The notes below the pieces were generated by a model. That model ran no database searches. It was not told where the DNA came from and saw only the letters and a program-made list of their open reading frames with translations. Of a stretch of DNA of 64,000 bases, positions 61,624 to 64,000 are shown piece after piece. Position 1 is the stretch's first letter. Each line of letters begins with the position of its first letter. The position numbers and the translations under genes were made by a program. The stretch lies in assembly GCA_963797625.1 (NCBI GenBank), contig CAWCQI010000013.1, positions 28,964 through 92,963 on the forward strand, read 5' to 3'. This DNA comes from an uncultured Acidobacteriota bacterium. GTDB taxonomy: Bacteria > Acidobacteriota > Vicinamibacteria > Vicinamibacterales > 2-12-FULL-66-21.

Positions 61624-62998
61624 AGTGAAACGCCTGAGCCACGACCGCCGCATCCTGTTGATGGCCTTCGCCTCGGCGTTGCCGGGTGCGCTCATTTCCC
61701 TCATCTTTCTCTGGACCGGCGACTACACGCCCAAGGTTCAGTGGACCCTCACGGTTCTCATCATCACCTTCTGCCTCGGCTTCGCGCTGGCGCTGCGCGA
61801 GCGCGTGGTGCTGCCGCTCCAGACGCTGTCGAATCTGCTCGCCGCGCTCGGCGAAGGGGACTTTTCGATCCGCGCGCGCGGCGCCCGTGGGGGCGATCCG
61901 CTCGGCGAGGTCATGATCGAAGTCAACGCGCTCGTCGAAACGCTCCGCCACCAGCGCCTGGACGCGCTCGAGGCGACGACGCTCCTCAGAAAGGTGATGG
62001 CCGAGATCGACGTCGCCGTTTTCACCTTCGACGAAGAGCACGAGCTGAAATTCGTCAACCGGGCAGGCGCGCGACTTCTGAGCCAACCCTCAGAACGGCT
62101 TCTCGGGAGGCGAGCAACCGATCTCGACCTCGCCGATTGCCTGAGCGGTGAAGCGCCCCGCGTCATCACGACCGCCTTTCCAGGCGGCGTCGGACGGTGG
62201 GAGATCAGGCGCAGCAGCTTTCGCCAGGGCGGCCGGCCCCACGAACTGCTGGTCTTGTCCGACCTCAGCCAACCGCTGCGCGAGGAAGAACGGCAGGCGT
62301 GGCAACGGCTGATTCGCGTCATCGGCCACGAGATGAACAACTCGCTCGCCCCGATCAAGTCGATCGCCGGGAGCCTCGCGACCATCGTCGAACGCGAACC
62401 GCCGCCCCAGGACTGGCGCGAGGATGTGCAGCGCGGACTCGCCGTCATCGCATCCCGCTCCGAATCGCTCAGCCGCTTCATGAGCGCCTACGCCCGCCTC
62501 GCGAAACTGCCACCGCCGAAGCTGGCGCCGCTCGACGTCGGCGCGTTCGTCGATCGCGTCGCTACGCTGGAGAAGGCGCACCACATCCAGGTCGTGCCTG
62601 GTCCCCGAGTCACGATCCAGGGCGACGGCGATCAGCTCGAGCAGCTCCTCATCAACCTGATTCGCAACGCCGTCGACGCCGTTCGTGAAACCGGCGGCGG
62701 CGTGCACGTCGGCTGGCAGCGCCTCCCTGGATCTTCCCCGCCGACCATGGAGCTGTGGGTCGAAGACGACGGCCCGGGGCTCTCGAACACGGGGAACCTG
62801 TTCGTGCCATTTTTCACGACCAAGCCCGGAGGCTCGGGGATCGGACTCGTGCTCAGCCGGCAGATCGCCGAAGCCCACGGCGGCAGCTTGATCCTCGAGA
62901 ACCGCGACGATCGCCTTGGATGCCGCGCCAGCCTGCGTATTCCGATCCAGGCAACAATCCCGGCGAGGCCCGAAGCCGCGGCCCTGACCCATGGCTGA
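61616..62998 (+). CDS. Sensor histidine kinase (2 TM with minimal loop, HAMP, PAS, HisKA, HATPase)
   Basis: IGHEMNNSL H-box, NLIRNAVDA N-box, DDGPGL, GGSGIGL. The start is TTG 61616 or GTG 61625. Confidence 0.85.
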   Translation: MNPVKRLSHDRRILLMAFASALPGALISLIFLWTGDYTPKVQWTLTVLIITFCLGFALALRERVVLPLQTLSNLLAALGEGDFSIRARGARGGDPLGEVMIEVNALVETLRHQRLDALEATTLLRKVMAEIDVAVFTFDEEHELKFVNRAGARLLSQPSERLLGRRATDLDLADCLSGEAPRVITTAFPGGVGRWEIRRSSFRQGGRPHELLVLSDLSQPLREEERQAWQRLIRVIGHEMNNSLAPIKSIAGSLATIVEREPPPQDWREDVQRGLAVIASRSESLSRFMSAYARLAKLPPPKLAPLDVGAFVDRVATLEKAHHIQVVPGPRVTIQGDGDQLEQLLINLIRNAVDAVRETGGGVHVGWQRLPGSSPPTMELWVEDDGPGLSNTGNLFVPFFTTKPGGSGIGLVLSRQIAEAHGGSLILENRDDRLGCRASLRIPIQATIPARPEAAALTHG

Positions 62999-63716
62999 TC
63001 GTGACGATCGCCGCGCGCCGGTGCTCCCGGGAGCAGCGGCAACCGACTACGAGAGATACCTGCGCACCGACGAACTCCTGTCGTTACAGAAAACTGCCGC
63101 CGAGGTGGTGCACCGCGACGAGCATCTGTTCCAGGCCGTCCATCAATCGTCTGAGCTGTGGTTGAAACTGGCCTGCCTCGAGATCGAGGCCGCAACCAGC
63201 CTCATCGACGCGGACAAGGCGGCGGGCGCGACGCGTCTGGTGCGGCGCGCCAGCGACGCGATGCTGCTCCTCACGAACCAGCTCGGGATGCTGGAGCACA
63301 TGTCTCCGTGCGACTACGCCATCGTCCGCACCGCGCTCGGCCACGGCGCGGGCTTCGACTCCCCCGGCTTCCGGCGCGTCCATAAGGTCTCGCCCATGCT
63401 CGGCGTGGCGTTCGAGGGTCTCTTGACGCGCGCCGGCCTCACCCTGCTCGAGGTCTACGAGCGGGGTCATGAGCTCGACGATGTCTACCAGCTGGCCGAA
63501 CAGATGATGACGTGGGACGAGCGCACGATCGTCTGGCGATTTCAGCACTTGAAGACCGTGGAGCGGATCATCGGCGGCAACGTGATCGGCACGCAGGGGA
63601 CACCCGTCGACGTGCTCGGCAAGCGGATCGACGTGCGCTTCTTCCCTGACCTGTGGCTCGTGCGCGACGAGATCACACGTCGCTCGGCGCTCGGCACGGA
63701 CGGCCACGGCCGCTGA
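62991..63716 (+). CDS. Tryptophan 2,3-dioxygenase family protein
   Basis: YERYLRTDELLSLQ, HRDEHLFQAVHQSSELWLK, WRFQHLKTVERIIG. 8-nt overlap with the kinase stop. Confidence 0.7.
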   Translation: MADRDDRRAPVLPGAAATDYERYLRTDELLSLQKTAAEVVHRDEHLFQAVHQSSELWLKLACLEIEAATSLIDADKAAGATRLVRRASDAMLLLTNQLGMLEHMSPCDYAIVRTALGHGAGFDSPGFRRVHKVSPMLGVAFEGLLTRAGLTLLEVYERGHELDDVYQLAEQMMTWDERTIVWRFQHLKTVERIIGGNVIGTQGTPVDVLGKRIDVRFFPDLWLVRDEITRRSALGTDGHGR

Positions 63717-63985
63717 CCGTTTGGCAATCCGATACGGCTCGAAAACGCGCCGACGTTACCTTTCGATCCACGCCAAGCCTCCCTCCTTCCTGCACTTCCT
63801 GTAAAGACCGCAGCGGCCTCCGAACAAAAACGCAGAGAGACCTGGCGATCCCGCGACAACCACGGTTGTTTCGCCAGGCGAAATCTGCAGGGTTCCTTGA
63901 CAGCCACGGAAAGCGTCTTGTAGCTTCCGCACAACTGCAATGTCAGTAGTCAGTTTCGGAACACATTTGCGGAGGAGGCTAGTCA

Positions 63986-64000
63986 ATGTCGACGCGCAGG
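63986..64000 (+). CDS. Start of an unidentified CDS (runs off window)
   Basis: GGAGGAGG RBS 8 nt before ATG 63986. Only 5 codons are visible. Confidence 0.3.

Overview
High-GC bacterial chromosomal segment (GC not computed), most likely Acidobacteriota: it carries an ADOP-type duplicated FtsX permease starting [12 protein letters not shown], an acidobacterial-type VWFA protein and an alternative CcmD. No transposase, integrase, CRISPR array or rRNA is visible; there is one tRNA (Phe-GAA). Content by block: (1) 1..27.9 kb is a large envelope-glycosylation cluster. It holds five GT-C-like polytopic proteins, a polyprenyl-phosphate-type GT2, two GT4, an epimerase, two UPF0104 flippase-like proteins, a DedA/YqaA protein, four SAM methyltransferases, a radical SAM/SPASM enzyme, AsnB, an LbH acyltransferase, an HYR-SGNH lipoprotein, two paralogous lipoproteins with an unrecognised Cys-bounded C-terminal domain, and two OM beta-barrels. 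(2) 28.2..32.2 kb: IMPase, an RsbW-like kinase, aroA (class II motifs), aroK and a metallophosphoesterase. (3) 32.2..40.1 kb: a System I cytochrome c maturation operon, ccmE-ccmF/H-X-Y-ccmA-ccmB-ccmC-ccmD. It has a CxxxY-type CcmE, a CcmF-CcmH-like fusion, two inserted uncharacterised genes and an inverted-repeat-bounded 215-bp element between ccmA and ccmB. (4) 40.2..54.6 kb: housekeeping and miscellaneous genes (maf, thiolase, hbd, VWA, ydjM-like divergent from recA, ftsB, tRNA-Phe, CN hydrolase, ABC-2 transporter, rsgA). (5) 54.6..63.7 kb: MarR, then a candidate sigma54 promoter, then a MacA-like adaptor, MacB-type ATPase, ADOP permease, NtrC-type regulator, intramembrane-type histidine kinase and a TDO-family protein. 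Two caveats apply across the window. The assembly carries many single-base frame disruptions (more than 20, including aroA, ccmA and asnB), so several long track ORFs are artefactual fusions and many genes are split. Intergenic DNA is dominated by three repeat families: GTAGTGTCCGGCTTCAGCCGGAC REP-like hairpins, GTGATCCGT 9-mer arrays ending in GGCTCTAG, and long hairpins whose arms are tandem 6-7-mers.
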